Assembly: GCA_031382385.1 (NCBI GenBank)
Contig: JANMYS010000085.1
Location: 2,977 to 66,976, forward strand
Length of the DNA: 64,000 nucleotides
Source: Gemmatimonadota bacterium
GTDB lineage: Bacteria; Gemmatimonadota; Gemmatimonadetes; Gemmatimonadales; GWC2-71-9
Direction of reading: 5' to 3'
The notes beneath the pieces are model-generated. The model searched no databases. It had not been told where the DNA came from and saw only the letters and a list, made by a program, of their open reading frames with translations. Numbering within the stretch: the first letter of the stretch is position 1; every line of letters begins with the position of its first letter. Shown piece by piece: positions 18,743-27,991 of this stretch. A program made the translations under genes and the position numbers.

Positions 18743-18845
18743 TGTCATCCTGAGCGCAGCGAAGGATCTCTCTGCCCCGGAGCAGTAGTCTGACATCGGC
18801 TTCGGCCTCAAGAGATCCTTCGTCGCCTTGCTCCTCAGGATGACA
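18743..18845. mobile_element. MITE-like (miniature inverted-repeat) element of about 103 bp
   Basis: The left arm is tgtcatcctgagcgcagcgaaggatctct. The right arm is agagatccttcgtcgccttgctcctcaggatgaca. The arms translate to the ..SF.AL.LRMT-type strings I remember from spurious ORFs in many environmental genomes. Confidence 0.6.
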
Positions 18846-18859
18846 GCGGCGGCCGATGG

Positions 18860-19438
18860 CTACCCACCCAGCCCAAACAGCACTTCATGGCTTCCGCTCG
18901 CCCGGAACACCGCCCGCCCACTGCCTAACGCAACTTCATCGACGCTCACCTGCATCGAACCGGCTGGCCCGTCCAGCACCGCGGTCAGCCGGAGCGCCGG
19001 CCCCCGCGTCACGTCGCAGCGCAGGACCACCTGCCCGGCACGGCGACGGTAGCGCAGCGTCAGCGTCGTCCGTCCGACCCGGAGTCCGGTGAGCGCCATC
19101 TCGCCGGCGTCAGGCGGGAGCCGCAGCCTGATGGTGAGCTGTTCCTCAGGCGCCGCAGGCTCGAGCCCCCAGACTCCTCGCGTCACCTGTTCGACACCCG
19201 CGAGCGCAGCCTCGCCAATCGCCTCGCGCCCATCGCCTGATCCGCCGCCCCGACCGCCCATCACCCCCATCGGATACTTCTCCAGAAATTCCGCGTCGCC
19301 GGTCCAAGCCAGGAATTCGCGCGACATGAGCACCAGCGAAGGACCCAGCGCCGCGGGAAGCGTCCCCTGAGCCGTGGCGCGCGACAGCAGGCGGATCAGC
19401 GACCGCGCCGGCTCACGCCGTCCGGCGGACAGCAGCAC
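18860..19438 (-). pseudogene. Possible 3' remnant of a six-hairpin glycosidase (amylo-alpha-1,6-glucosidase-like) gene
   Basis: The 192-aa ORF resembles only the C-terminal end of such enzymes (..FLAWTGDAEFLEKYP.., then a beta-sandwich-like tail). The frame stays open upstream with no start codon until it runs into the peroxiredoxin gene. Confidence 0.35.
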
Positions 19439-19611
19439 GACTGCCGCCTGACAACCCGCCAGGAGTTCGCCGGAGGCGTCGGGCGCGATGCCCGCTCGGG
19501 CCCGTCCGACTGCGGCCTGCGCCAGCGCTTCCCCATGCAGAATCGCCCGGTCCCACCCTGCGACGAGGGTGAGATCGGGCGAGAGCAGCCGGGTGCCCAG
19601 CGCGGGGAGCG

Positions 19612-20070
19612 CTATGCGATGGCCTTGAGCTGGGCCAGCAGTTCGCTGTTGTCCCGCTTGGTCCCGGGCGTCTCCTCGGCGAACGTCCAGCGCACCGTGC
19701 CAGCCTTGTCGATCACGACATAGGCCCGGCTGGAATAGAAGTACTCCTCCAGCAGCGTGCCGTAGGTGCGGCTGACCTCGCGCTTGAAGTCACTCAGCAG
19801 GTCCACGGCAAGCTTCTCTTTCGCCTTGAACTCCTTGAGTGACGCCACAGAATCCACGCTGATCGGCAGCACCACCGCATTCAGACTCTGGAACTTGCTG
19901 TAGTCATCGGTGATCTCGCACATCTCCTTGGTGCAGGTGCCGGTGAAGGCGAGCGGGAAGAACGCCAGCAGGACGTTCTTTCCCTTGAGCGCAGAGAGGG
20001 TGACCTTCTGGCCCGAGGTGGAGGCAAGGGTGAAATCAGGCGCCGGAGCGCCAACGGCAGGCATGGGCAT
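19612..20070 (-). CDS. Peroxiredoxin (AhpC/TSA family, AhpE/Bcp-like)
   Basis: 152 aa with ..APDFTL..KNVLLAFFPLAFTGTCTKEMC. Confidence 0.9.
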   Translation of the reverse strand: MPMPAVGAPAPDFTLASTSGQKVTLSALKGKNVLLAFFPLAFTGTCTKEMCEITDDYSKFQSLNAVVLPISVDSVASLKEFKAKEKLAVDLLSDFKREVSRTYGTLLEEYFYSSRAYVVIDKAGTVRWTFAEETPGTKRDNSELLAQLKAIA

Positions 20071-20106
20071 GGGAATAGGAGAAGAGAGAAAGAAGCAAGG
20101 AGAACT

Positions 20107-20195
20107 GGGAACGGGGAACGGGGAACCGGAAGGACGGATCGTGGTGAGGTGGTTCCCGATACCGCTTCCCTGTTCCCCCTTCCCGCTCTTTCCGG
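20107..20195. repeat. Second copy of the GGGGAAC heptamer / inverted-copy element, between sod and the peroxiredoxin gene
   Basis: The left arm is gggaacggggaacggggaaccgg (20107-20129). A degenerate inverted arm, ccgcttccctgttcccccttcccgc, lies within 20151-20195. Confidence 0.7.
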
Positions 20196-20197
20196 TC

Positions 20198-20806
20198 CTA
20201 CTTCCCGATATATCGTTTCCCCACGGCGGTCCAGTTCACCACGTTCCACCAGGCGCCGACATAATCCGGCCGCCGGTTCTGGTACTTCAGGTAATAGGCG
20301 TGCTCCCAGACGTCGCAGCCGAGCAGCGGCACCTTGCCCTCCATGACGGGGCTGTCCTGGTTCGCGGTGCTGTACACTTCGATGCTGCCGTCCTTCTTCT
20401 GCGCCAGCCAGGCCCAGCCGCTCCCGAATCGGGTCGTGCAGGCCTTGGTGAACGCATCCTTGAACTGGGTGAAGCCACCGAAGCTCTTGGTGATGGCATC
20501 GGCCAGCGCACCCTGGGGCTCCTTGGCGCCACCGGGCGCCATGAGCTCCCAGAACAGCGTGTGGTTGGCGTGCCCGCCGCCGTTGTTGCGCACCGCGGTG
20601 CGGGCCGCTTCCGGCACGGCGTCGAGATTGGCGATCAGCGCGTCAATGGACTTGGCGGCGAGGTCGGCGTGCGCCTCGAGGGCGGCGTTGAGGTTGTTGA
20701 CGTACGCCGCATGGTGCTTGTCGTGGTGGATCCGCATCGTCTGTTCGTCGATGTGCGGCTCCAGGGCGGTGTAGTCGTACGGCAGCGGCGGCAGGGTGAA
20801 CGCCAT
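20198..20806 (-). CDS. Fe/Mn superoxide dismutase
   Basis: The start is at [12 protein letters not shown] (comp. 20804-20806). Motifs are HHDKHH and [13 protein letters not shown]. Confidence 0.9.
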   Translation of the reverse strand: MAFTLPPLPYDYTALEPHIDEQTMRIHHDKHHAAYVNNLNAALEAHADLAAKSIDALIANLDAVPEAARTAVRNNGGGHANHTLFWELMAPGGAKEPQGALADAITKSFGGFTQFKDAFTKACTTRFGSGWAWLAQKKDGSIEVYSTANQDSPVMEGKVPLLGCDVWEHAYYLKYQNRRPDYVGAWWNVVNWTAVGKRYIGK

Positions 20807-20884
20807 GGCGCTCTCCTCGTGAAGTTGAGAATCGATCGGCCGGAGACGGCTCCGGCGCGAGGGCAGAATATAAGGCGGGCAGGT

Positions 20885-21007
20885 GGCCATTGGCCATTGG
20901 CCGTTGGCTATTAGCCGTTGGCCGTTGGCTTGAAACCTGAGCCGCGAGGATCGGCGACATACCCCGGAGTCCGCGGGCCGTCAGCCAATGGCCAACGGCT
21001 AACGGCC
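20885..21007. repeat. Heptamer array GGCC(A/G)TT x6 (20885-20929) plus inverted array GCCAA(T/C)G x3 (20984-21007)
   Basis: I read the arrays directly. They form a long hairpin that spans the stop codon (20911-20913) and the last ~30 codons of the upstream membrane-protein gene. Confidence 0.85.
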
Positions 21008-22263
21008 ACCATCGCCACCAAAACCATCGCCACGCCATACACCACCTCCACCCCCAGCATCCCCTCCACCACCGGCAGCAGCAGGGCGACACCCGCCACG
21101 GGCAGCAGCGCGGCGAGGACATCGCCGACTCGGCTCAGGCGGAACCCGCTCGCCATCAGTCGAGTGGCCCCGGCGAACACGCACCCGAGCGCCACGAGTC
21201 CAACACCGGCCACTCCGGCCGTGGGCTCCAGGGAGGCGATTCCGCCCAGCCCCAGCGTGGTGAGGATCGCTGCATCGCTCCGCCGGGCGGCCCCCGCCAC
21301 CGCAGCCGCCACGAGCAGCAGGAAGAGCACCGGCTGCCAGTGCACCACCCCGCCGGCCAGCGCGGTCGGCCCCAGCCGATACAGCAGCACCGCGCCGAGC
21401 AGGGGAGCGGCCGGCCCCTGGCGGGCGGACTGGAAGGGAGCGAGATGCAGCAGTGGCCAGACGGCCAGGCAGAGGAGCGGTGTTAGCAGAAGTTCGAAGC
21501 TGTCGCTGTAGGGTGCGTCGCCCAGGGCCGCAAACCCGAGTGGTGCGTCACCCGCCACCGAGGCGAGCAGCCACCAGGCGGCCCCAAGCGCGGTGAGGCT
21601 CAGGGCGACGCCGACCGGCCAGCGTCCCCCGCCCCGCGCGGACCGCTCGAACGCCCACCCGGTCACCACACCGCCGACCACGGCGGCGAACAGCAGGTGC
21701 AGGTGAGTCACGCTGAGCGCGACGAGCGTGATCCCAAGATGAGCCGCCAGCAGACGCAGGCGGCGCGTGGTCCCGAGCGCGGGGGGCGAGTCGATTGGCG
21801 ATGAGCCCGCAGCCACTGCTCTCCGGGCCCGCCACCCGTCGATCCGACTGAGTAGCGTGCCGCCCAATTGCCTGACAGCGATCCCGAGCAGGATCGTCGC
21901 GCCCGCAATCAGCCCGAATGCGGCCAGGGTCCGGGCCATCCCGCCGGCCAGCGCGAGCGGTCGTGCGAGCACGACGGCGAGCAATGCACCCGCGCCCAGC
22001 ACCGACACCGCCAGCGGACGCTGCCGCCAGTGAGCTCTGCCGCCCGCCGCCGTCAGGCCCGCCGCGAGCAGCACCAGCGCCGCCGTCGTGGCGAGATAGC
22101 TCTGCGGGAGGGACGCCGATGACCAGTCATCTCCGCCCGCGACCACCAGGCTCGCGACCGCGAGCGTCGCCAGGACGCTTCCAGGGAGGGCGCGACGGCG
22201 CGCGACACGATCATCCAGCAGCACGGCGGCGAGGCCGAGGAGCAGTGGAAGCAGGGACGGCAT
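20911..22263 (-). CDS. Hypothetical polytopic membrane protein
   Basis: The start is at [16 protein letters not shown] (comp. 22261-22263). There are more than 10 hydrophobic segments and no motif I recognise. Confidence 0.55.
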   Translation of the reverse strand: MPSLLPLLLGLAAVLLDDRVARRRALPGSVLATLAVASLVVAGGDDWSSASLPQSYLATTAALVLLAAGLTAAGGRAHWRQRPLAVSVLGAGALLAVVLARPLALAGGMARTLAAFGLIAGATILLGIAVRQLGGTLLSRIDGWRARRAVAAGSSPIDSPPALGTTRRLRLLAAHLGITLVALSVTHLHLLFAAVVGGVVTGWAFERSARGGGRWPVGVALSLTALGAAWWLLASVAGDAPLGFAALGDAPYSDSFELLLTPLLCLAVWPLLHLAPFQSARQGPAAPLLGAVLLYRLGPTALAGGVVHWQPVLFLLLVAAAVAGAARRSDAAILTTLGLGGIASLEPTAGVAGVGLVALGCVFAGATRLMASGFRLSRVGDVLAALLPVAGVALLLPVVEGMLGVEVVYGVAMVLVAMVAVSRWPLADGPRTPGYVADPRGSGFKPTANG

Positions 22264-22383
22264 GGAGGGAGTATAGTCGTCGTCGCACCCTGCGACGAAC
22301 CCTATACAATTGAAGTACGGCGGCGCAGCTTTTCGGGGTGCCGTCGCGGTGAACGCCTCCTGCCGCCGGCACACCGCGAAGAG

Positions 22384-23343
22384 ATGCTATCCAGAGAAAC
22401 GAGCACCACCATGACCGCCAGACATCCCACCCGCCATGCAGTTCGCCTTCTCCTCGCCGCAGTGGTCGCTGGCGGGTGCTCCGACAACACCGAGACGCCG
22501 CCCGTCGTTGGAGGGCTGACCTCGGTCCTGATTGCGGATACTCCCTTTCCTTATGATGTTGTCGCCGAAGCCAACCTCTTCGTGGTCCGGGTCGAGGCGG
22601 GCGTCGATTCCGGCGCGGGCGGCAGCAGTTGCACCAACGCCACCGTTGTGGCGACGCCCAATCGCCAGATCGACCTCCTTGCGCTGCAGGGCGGGATCAC
22701 CGCCACGCTGGGCACGGCAACCCTTCCTGCGGGCGACTACCACGCCGTCTGCATCACGATCAATACCGACCTGTCCAATCTGGTGCTGCGCGATGGCCGC
22801 ATCCTCACCGGCACGTCCTCCCCGGTGATTGACTGGTCAGGCAGCGGTGAGCGGATCATCAAGGCCGACATCTTCGAACCCATTCCGGTGACCGATTCCG
22901 GCGGCACGATCCTGATCCACTTCGATGTGGGCAAGAGCTTCATCCCGCTGCAGGATGTCTTCCCGCCGCGCGCCGACAGCGGCTACGCCTTCATCGCGGT
23001 GACGGAGGCACTCAATCCTGCGGCCTCCGGTTCCATCAGCGGGACGGTCGTCGCCACCACCTCGGGCGGCACGCCGCTGCCCCACGCCTCGATTCGGATC
23101 ATGGTCGGCGACTCATCGCAGGCCGAAAACACCTGGTTCGTGGCCGGCACCGGCACCACCGATACCACCGGTCATTTCAGAATATCCTATCTCTCGCCCA
23201 GCACCCGCTGGGCGCCGCCCGGCTGGGTCTACAATCTGGTGGCCGACGCCCCCTCGACCACGAGTTTTCTCCCCGTCACCATCAAGGGCGTCACCGTCGT
23301 GGCCCCCTCCGAAACACCGCTCGGCGAGATCGTCCTTCCCTGA
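22384..23343 (+). CDS. Lipoprotein, DUF4382-like
   Basis: It has a lipobox (LLLAAVVAGGCS) and the segment ..DLLALQGG..LPAGDYHAVCITI.., which I remember from DUF4382. An alternative start lies at 22411. Confidence 0.6.
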   Translation: MLSRETSTTMTARHPTRHAVRLLLAAVVAGGCSDNTETPPVVGGLTSVLIADTPFPYDVVAEANLFVVRVEAGVDSGAGGSSCTNATVVATPNRQIDLLALQGGITATLGTATLPAGDYHAVCITINTDLSNLVLRDGRILTGTSSPVIDWSGSGERIIKADIFEPIPVTDSGGTILIHFDVGKSFIPLQDVFPPRADSGYAFIAVTEALNPAASGSISGTVVATTSGGTPLPHASIRIMVGDSSQAENTWFVAGTGTTDTTGHFRISYLSPSTRWAPPGWVYNLVADAPSTTSFLPVTIKGVTVVAPSETPLGEIVLP

Positions 23344-23351
23344 CCCGCCCG

Positions 23352-23379
23352 GGGAGCGCGTTTGGTCCGGCGCGCTCCC
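23352..23379 (+). terminator. GC hairpin after the lipoprotein gene
   Basis: A 9-bp stem (gggagcgcg / cgcgctccc) closes a 10-nt loop. The tail is T/C-rich rather than a clean T-run. Confidence 0.35.
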
Positions 23380-23464
23380 TCCCCTATCCTTCCGCCCGAT
23401 TCACCGACCGTCCGACTGCCTGACCATCCGGCCGTCTGACGGTTGACGCATTCAAGGATCTGGC

Positions 23465-25360
23465 ATGGCGCTGCTGGGCATGAGGGATGTGAGTATCGCC
23501 TTTGGTGGACCGGCCATTCTTGACCGGGCCAGCCTGGGGATCGAGCGGGGCGAACGGGTCTGCCTCCTGGGCCGGAACGGCACCGGTAAAAGCACTTTGA
23601 TGAAGTTGCTCGACGGCTCCATCACCGCGGACGCGGGTGAAGTGATCCGTCAGACCGGCACGACCATCGCCCGGCTGGAGCAAGAGGTGCCCGGCGAGCT
23701 CGCCGGTACCACCTTCGATGTCGTCGCCGCCGGTCTGGGCGAGGCGGGCACACTGCTCGCCCGTTACCACGAGGCCAGCCACCGGGTGGGCAGCAGCGGC
23801 GGGAGCGACGCAGCCCTCCGCGAGATGGACCGGCTGCACCACGCCCTCGATGCCGTCGGCGGCTGGCAGCTCGAGACCCGGGTGGAGACGGTGCTCTCCC
23901 ACCTCGGCCTCGAGGAGGACACCCCCTTCGGCCAGCTCTCGGGTGGAAGGAAGCGCCAGGTGCTGCTGGCCCGCGCGCTGGTGCGCCAGCCCGATGTGCT
24001 GCTGCTCGACGAACCCACCAACCATCTCGACGTCGACGCCATTGAGTGGATGGAGGATTTTCTCATCGGCCGCGGCGCGACGCTGCTCTTCGTCACCCAC
24101 GACCGCGCCTTTCTGCGACGCCTCGCCACCCGCATCGTCGAACTCGACCGCGGCAAGCTGGTCGACTGGGGCACCGGCTACGACAGCTACCTCGAACGCA
24201 AGGAGGCGTCGCTCGCCGTCGAGGAGAAGGAGTGGGCGGAGTTCGACAAGAAGCTGGCGCGGGAGGAGGTGTGGATCCGCACCGGCATCAAGGCGCGGCG
24301 CACCCGCAATGAAGGCCGGGTGCGCGCCCTCGAGGCGCTCCGGCTGGAACGCAGCGCGCGGCGCGAACGGTCCGGCACCGTGCGGCTGCAGGCGCAGGAG
24401 GCGGAACGGTCCGGCCGGCTGGTGGTGGATGCGCGCGGCGTCGGGTTCTCCCACGGCGCGAAGGTCATCGTGCGGGACCTCACCACGACGATCACCCGCG
24501 GCGACCGCATCGGCCTGATCGGGCCGAACGGCTCCGGCAAGACCACGCTGCTCCGCCTGCTCCTCGGTGAGCTCCAGCCCGACACCGGGACCATTCGCCA
24601 GGGGACCGGACTCGAGATCGTCTACTTCGATCAGCTGCGCGAACAGCTCGATCCCGAGGCGACGATCGCCGACAGCATCGCCCACGGCAGCGAGTGGGTC
24701 GAGATCGGCGAGAACCGGAAGCATGTCCTGGGCTACCTGCAGGACTTTCTCTTCCCGCCCGAGCGGGCCCGTACTCCGGTGCGCGCGCTCTCCGGTGGCG
24801 AGCGCAACCGGCTGCTGCTGGCGCGGCTCTTCACCCGTTCATTCAACGTGCTCGCGCTGGACGAGCCGACCAACGATCTGGATATTGAAACGCTGGACCT
24901 GCTGGAGGAGCTGCTGCTCGATTTCACCGGCACGCTGCTCGTCGTCAGCCACGACCGCGCCTTTCTCGACAACGTCGTCACCAGCACCCTGGTCATGGAA
25001 GGCAACGGGCGGGTGGGTGAGTACGTCGGCGGCTACGCCGACTGGCTAAGGCAGCGCCCGGCGCCGCGAATCGAAGGCAGCTCCGCTCCGAAGGTGGCCA
25101 CCCCCGCCGCGCGCCCATCGCCCGCCGCCGACAAGAAACGCAAGCTGAGCTTCAAGGAAAGCCAGGAACTGGCGACGCTGCCCGAACGGATCGATGCGCT
25201 GGAGCGGGAACGGGACCAGCTCTTTGCCACCCTCGCCAGTCCTACCGCGCTGAAAGCCGGCGCCGCCGCCGGGGCGAACGCCCGGCTCAAGCAGCTCGCG
25301 ACGGAGCTCGGCGCGGCGACATCACGGTGGGAGGAACTGGAACTGCGAGCACAGCCATGA
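23465..25360 (+). CDS. uup: ABC-F family ATPase (Uup-like, two NBDs plus C-terminal coiled coil)
   Basis: 631 aa with Walker A motifs GRNGTGKST and GPNGSGKTT, and signatures LSGGRKRQ and LSGGERNR. There are no TM segments. Confidence 0.85.
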   Translation: MALLGMRDVSIAFGGPAILDRASLGIERGERVCLLGRNGTGKSTLMKLLDGSITADAGEVIRQTGTTIARLEQEVPGELAGTTFDVVAAGLGEAGTLLARYHEASHRVGSSGGSDAALREMDRLHHALDAVGGWQLETRVETVLSHLGLEEDTPFGQLSGGRKRQVLLARALVRQPDVLLLDEPTNHLDVDAIEWMEDFLIGRGATLLFVTHDRAFLRRLATRIVELDRGKLVDWGTGYDSYLERKEASLAVEEKEWAEFDKKLAREEVWIRTGIKARRTRNEGRVRALEALRLERSARRERSGTVRLQAQEAERSGRLVVDARGVGFSHGAKVIVRDLTTTITRGDRIGLIGPNGSGKTTLLRLLLGELQPDTGTIRQGTGLEIVYFDQLREQLDPEATIADSIAHGSEWVEIGENRKHVLGYLQDFLFPPERARTPVRALSGGERNRLLLARLFTRSFNVLALDEPTNDLDIETLDLLEELLLDFTGTLLVVSHDRAFLDNVVTSTLVMEGNGRVGEYVGGYADWLRQRPAPRIEGSSAPKVATPAARPSPAADKKRKLSFKESQELATLPERIDALERERDQLFATLASPTALKAGAAAGANARLKQLATELGAATSRWEELELRAQP

Positions 25361-26838
25361 AGAAGAAACCATCGGTGACCCGCACCGCCCTGCGCCGACA
25401 ACTCGCCGTACTGGAGCGCGCCGCCCAGCCACTCGACCCCGGCCCGGCCCGGCGCCGGGAGGTGCGCGGCGCCATCGTCGCCTCGGCCGACCGGTTTCTC
25501 CGCAGCCTCGACCAGCGCAAGGCCTTTGAGGATGGCGGCGGCACCGGCGAGGGACTCCTCGCCTCCCCGATCAGTGAGGCGGCGCTCCCAGTCGACGAGA
25601 TCATCCAGCTGCTGGAGCAGGAGGTCGTGCGTCCCGGCGGCAATCCGGCATCGGCCGGCCACCTGGCGTACATCCCGGGCGGCGGCCTCTACTACTCGGC
25701 GCTCGGCGACTACATCGCCGCCGTCACCAACAAGTACGCCGGCATCTTCTTCACCGGACCGGGCGCGGTCCGGATGGAAAACCAGCTGCTGCGCTGGGTG
25801 GCGGACCTGGTTGGCTATCCTGCTGGCGCGCTGGGCAACATCGCCTCGGGCGGCAGCATCGCCAGCCTGATCGCCATCGCCACCGCGCGCGACGCCCATG
25901 GACTGACCGCCGCCGACATCCCCCGTGCCGTCGTCTACCTCACCGACCAGGCCCACCACTGCCTGGAAAAGGCTTTGCGCATCGCGGGACTGGGTGAGGT
26001 GGTGGTCCGCCATGTCTCGATCGATGCACTGTTCCGGATGCGGCCCGATGCGCTCGGGGCGATGATTGCCGCCGACCGCGCCGCCGGGCTCAGGCCCTGG
26101 CTCGTGATCGCCGCGGCGGGGACGACCGACACCGGCGCGGTGGATCCGCTGGAGGAGATTGGGCAGGTGGCAGCGCGGGAGTGCTGCTGGTTCCACGTCG
26201 ATGCCGCCTACGGTGGCTTCTTCCTGCTCACCGAACATGGCCGGCAAATCCTGCGCGGTATCGAGCGGTCGGATTCGGTGGTGCTCGACCCGCACAAGAG
26301 TCTCTTCCTCCCCTATGGCTCCGGCGTGGTGCTGATCCGTGACCCGCGGCCGATGCTGGCGACGCACCACTATTTCGCCAGCTACATGCAGGACGCGATG
26401 TCGGCACTCGACGAGGTATCACCCGCCGACGTCTCGCCGGAGCTTAGCAAGCACTTCCGGGCACTCCGCATGTGGCTGCCGCTCAAGCTGCTGGGACTCG
26501 CCCCCTTCCGCGCGGCGCTGGAGGAGAAACTCCTGCTGGCGCGCTACTTCCGCGATGCGGTGTCGCCGCTGGGCTTCGACGTCGGCCCCGAACCGGATCT
26601 CTCGGTCGTGACCTTTCGCTGGGCGCCGCCCGGCCTCAGCCTCGAAGCGACCAACCGCCTCAACCAGAAGATCATCGCATTCGTCCGCCATGACGGACGG
26701 GTCTTCCTCTCCTCCACGATGATCGACGGCCGCTACACCCTGCGGCTGGTGGCGCTCGCCTTCCGGACCCACCGCCGGACCATCGACACGGCGCTGACGG
26801 TACTGGCGGAAGCGCTGGCGGGGCTGGGAAGGGAATAG
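25357..26838 (+). CDS. Pyridoxal-dependent (group II) amino acid decarboxylase
   Basis: The ATG at 25357 overlaps the uup stop (ATGA). The PLP-lysine motif is DPHKSLFLPYG. Confidence 0.85.
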   Translation: MKKKPSVTRTALRRQLAVLERAAQPLDPGPARRREVRGAIVASADRFLRSLDQRKAFEDGGGTGEGLLASPISEAALPVDEIIQLLEQEVVRPGGNPASAGHLAYIPGGGLYYSALGDYIAAVTNKYAGIFFTGPGAVRMENQLLRWVADLVGYPAGALGNIASGGSIASLIAIATARDAHGLTAADIPRAVVYLTDQAHHCLEKALRIAGLGEVVVRHVSIDALFRMRPDALGAMIAADRAAGLRPWLVIAAAGTTDTGAVDPLEEIGQVAARECCWFHVDAAYGGFFLLTEHGRQILRGIERSDSVVLDPHKSLFLPYGSGVVLIRDPRPMLATHHYFASYMQDAMSALDEVSPADVSPELSKHFRALRMWLPLKLLGLAPFRAALEEKLLLARYFRDAVSPLGFDVGPEPDLSVVTFRWAPPGLSLEATNRLNQKIIAFVRHDGRVFLSSTMIDGRYTLRLVALAFRTHRRTIDTALTVLAEALAGLGRE

Positions 26839-26859
26839 GCGGGGGGGCGGGGGGGCGGG
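26821..26859 (+). other. G-run cluster (potential G-quadruplex) spanning the decarboxylase stop codon
   Basis: The sequence reads gggctgggaagggaaTAGgcgggggggcgggggggcggg, with at least five G3+ runs. The tail is a GCGGGGGG octamer x2 that starts with the same TAGGCGG seed as the other arrays. Confidence 0.6.
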
Positions 26860-26916
26860 ATGATGAAACGGATGGCGGCTCTCAGTTCATGGCTCCGGTC
26901 TTCGTTGCGGATGGCT

Positions 26917-27897
26917 TCAGCTCTGCCGACTTGGGATCCTCTCTGGCTCGCTCGGCCCGAACACCTCACCCAGCTGTTCGATCGCGATGACGCTCACGAG
27001 GAGCCGTTCCGTGCCACGGCCCAGCAGCTGGCGGGTCCAGTCGGTGAAGCCACCCAGCCCGATACGGTGCTCCACCTCGGCCTGGTCCTCCACGGCGACG
27101 GTGAAGCTGAGCGGGGCATAATACCCCTGCCCCGGGGAGCGGTCCGGGTCCAGCGCCAAGCGCACGCCGGGAAACGCCGTGAAAAGCGGCTCGAACACCC
27201 GCTCGGGTATGACATGGTAGAGGTCCGTCTCGGAGCGGACGAAGAGCGCCACCCGGACGACGCCGATCCGGTGCCCCACCCGCCGCAGCTGCTCCACCAC
27301 CTGAAGATGGACTCGCAGCTGCTCCACCAGATTGTCGGTCACGAACCGGAGATCTTCCTCCGCCGCCCCCGCGCTGCAGAGGGCGAATACCCGCGCATGC
27401 GGTTCGCTCCTGAGCTGAGCTGAGTACGGCGCGTGCAGTTCTCTATGGCTGGCGCTGAGTCGGATCAGCGGCCCAGCCGCGGAATCCTGCCGCCGCCGCG
27501 CGCACTCCAGCGCGAGAACGCTCACACAACTGGAGACCACCTCACTGCTGCTGCCGACGCTGCTGGCCGCGCCCGGATCGACGGGCGCCACGACGGCGAT
27601 TGTACCCGAGGGACAGATCGGTGAGAGCTCCAGCAGCTCGAACGGAGGCGCCGAGGCCCACCGGGCCACGGCGTCGATCTCGGCGCAGACCGATGCGCGG
27701 ACCAGCGACGGCTGAACGCGCTGCTCCCGCTGATACTGCTCCAGTAGATCCGGCGGCATGACCCGGCCGACTCGCTGGCGATAGGCCTCCAGCAGAACGG
27801 TCTCCAACTCCGGCTGGGTCAGCCGTTCGGACAGGATCTCGACAAGGTCCGGCACACCTGCGTCCCGGAGGACATCGCCCAAGCGGGGTTCGGTCAT
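26917..27897 (-). CDS. Hypothetical protein; C-terminal half is faintly class-II aaRS / HisZ-like
   Basis: 326 aa. The segment GQGYYAPLSFTV..IGLGGFTDWT..SVIAIEQL resembles the GLDYYTG..GGRYD..G..ER region of HisRS/HisZ. This rests on memory only. Confidence 0.45.
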   Translation of the reverse strand: MTEPRLGDVLRDAGVPDLVEILSERLTQPELETVLLEAYRQRVGRVMPPDLLEQYQREQRVQPSLVRASVCAEIDAVARWASAPPFELLELSPICPSGTIAVVAPVDPGAASSVGSSSEVVSSCVSVLALECARRRQDSAAGPLIRLSASHRELHAPYSAQLRSEPHARVFALCSAGAAEEDLRFVTDNLVEQLRVHLQVVEQLRRVGHRIGVVRVALFVRSETDLYHVIPERVFEPLFTAFPGVRLALDPDRSPGQGYYAPLSFTVAVEDQAEVEHRIGLGGFTDWTRQLLGRGTERLLVSVIAIEQLGEVFGPSEPERIPSRQS

Positions 27898-27991
27898 GAT
27901 CGGGTCACCTCCGCGGACCCTCCAGGCGAGCCATCCGGGAATCCGGGCAGCTCCTCCTGGATTGGTTCCATGTCCGCTTCAGGGATTGCCG

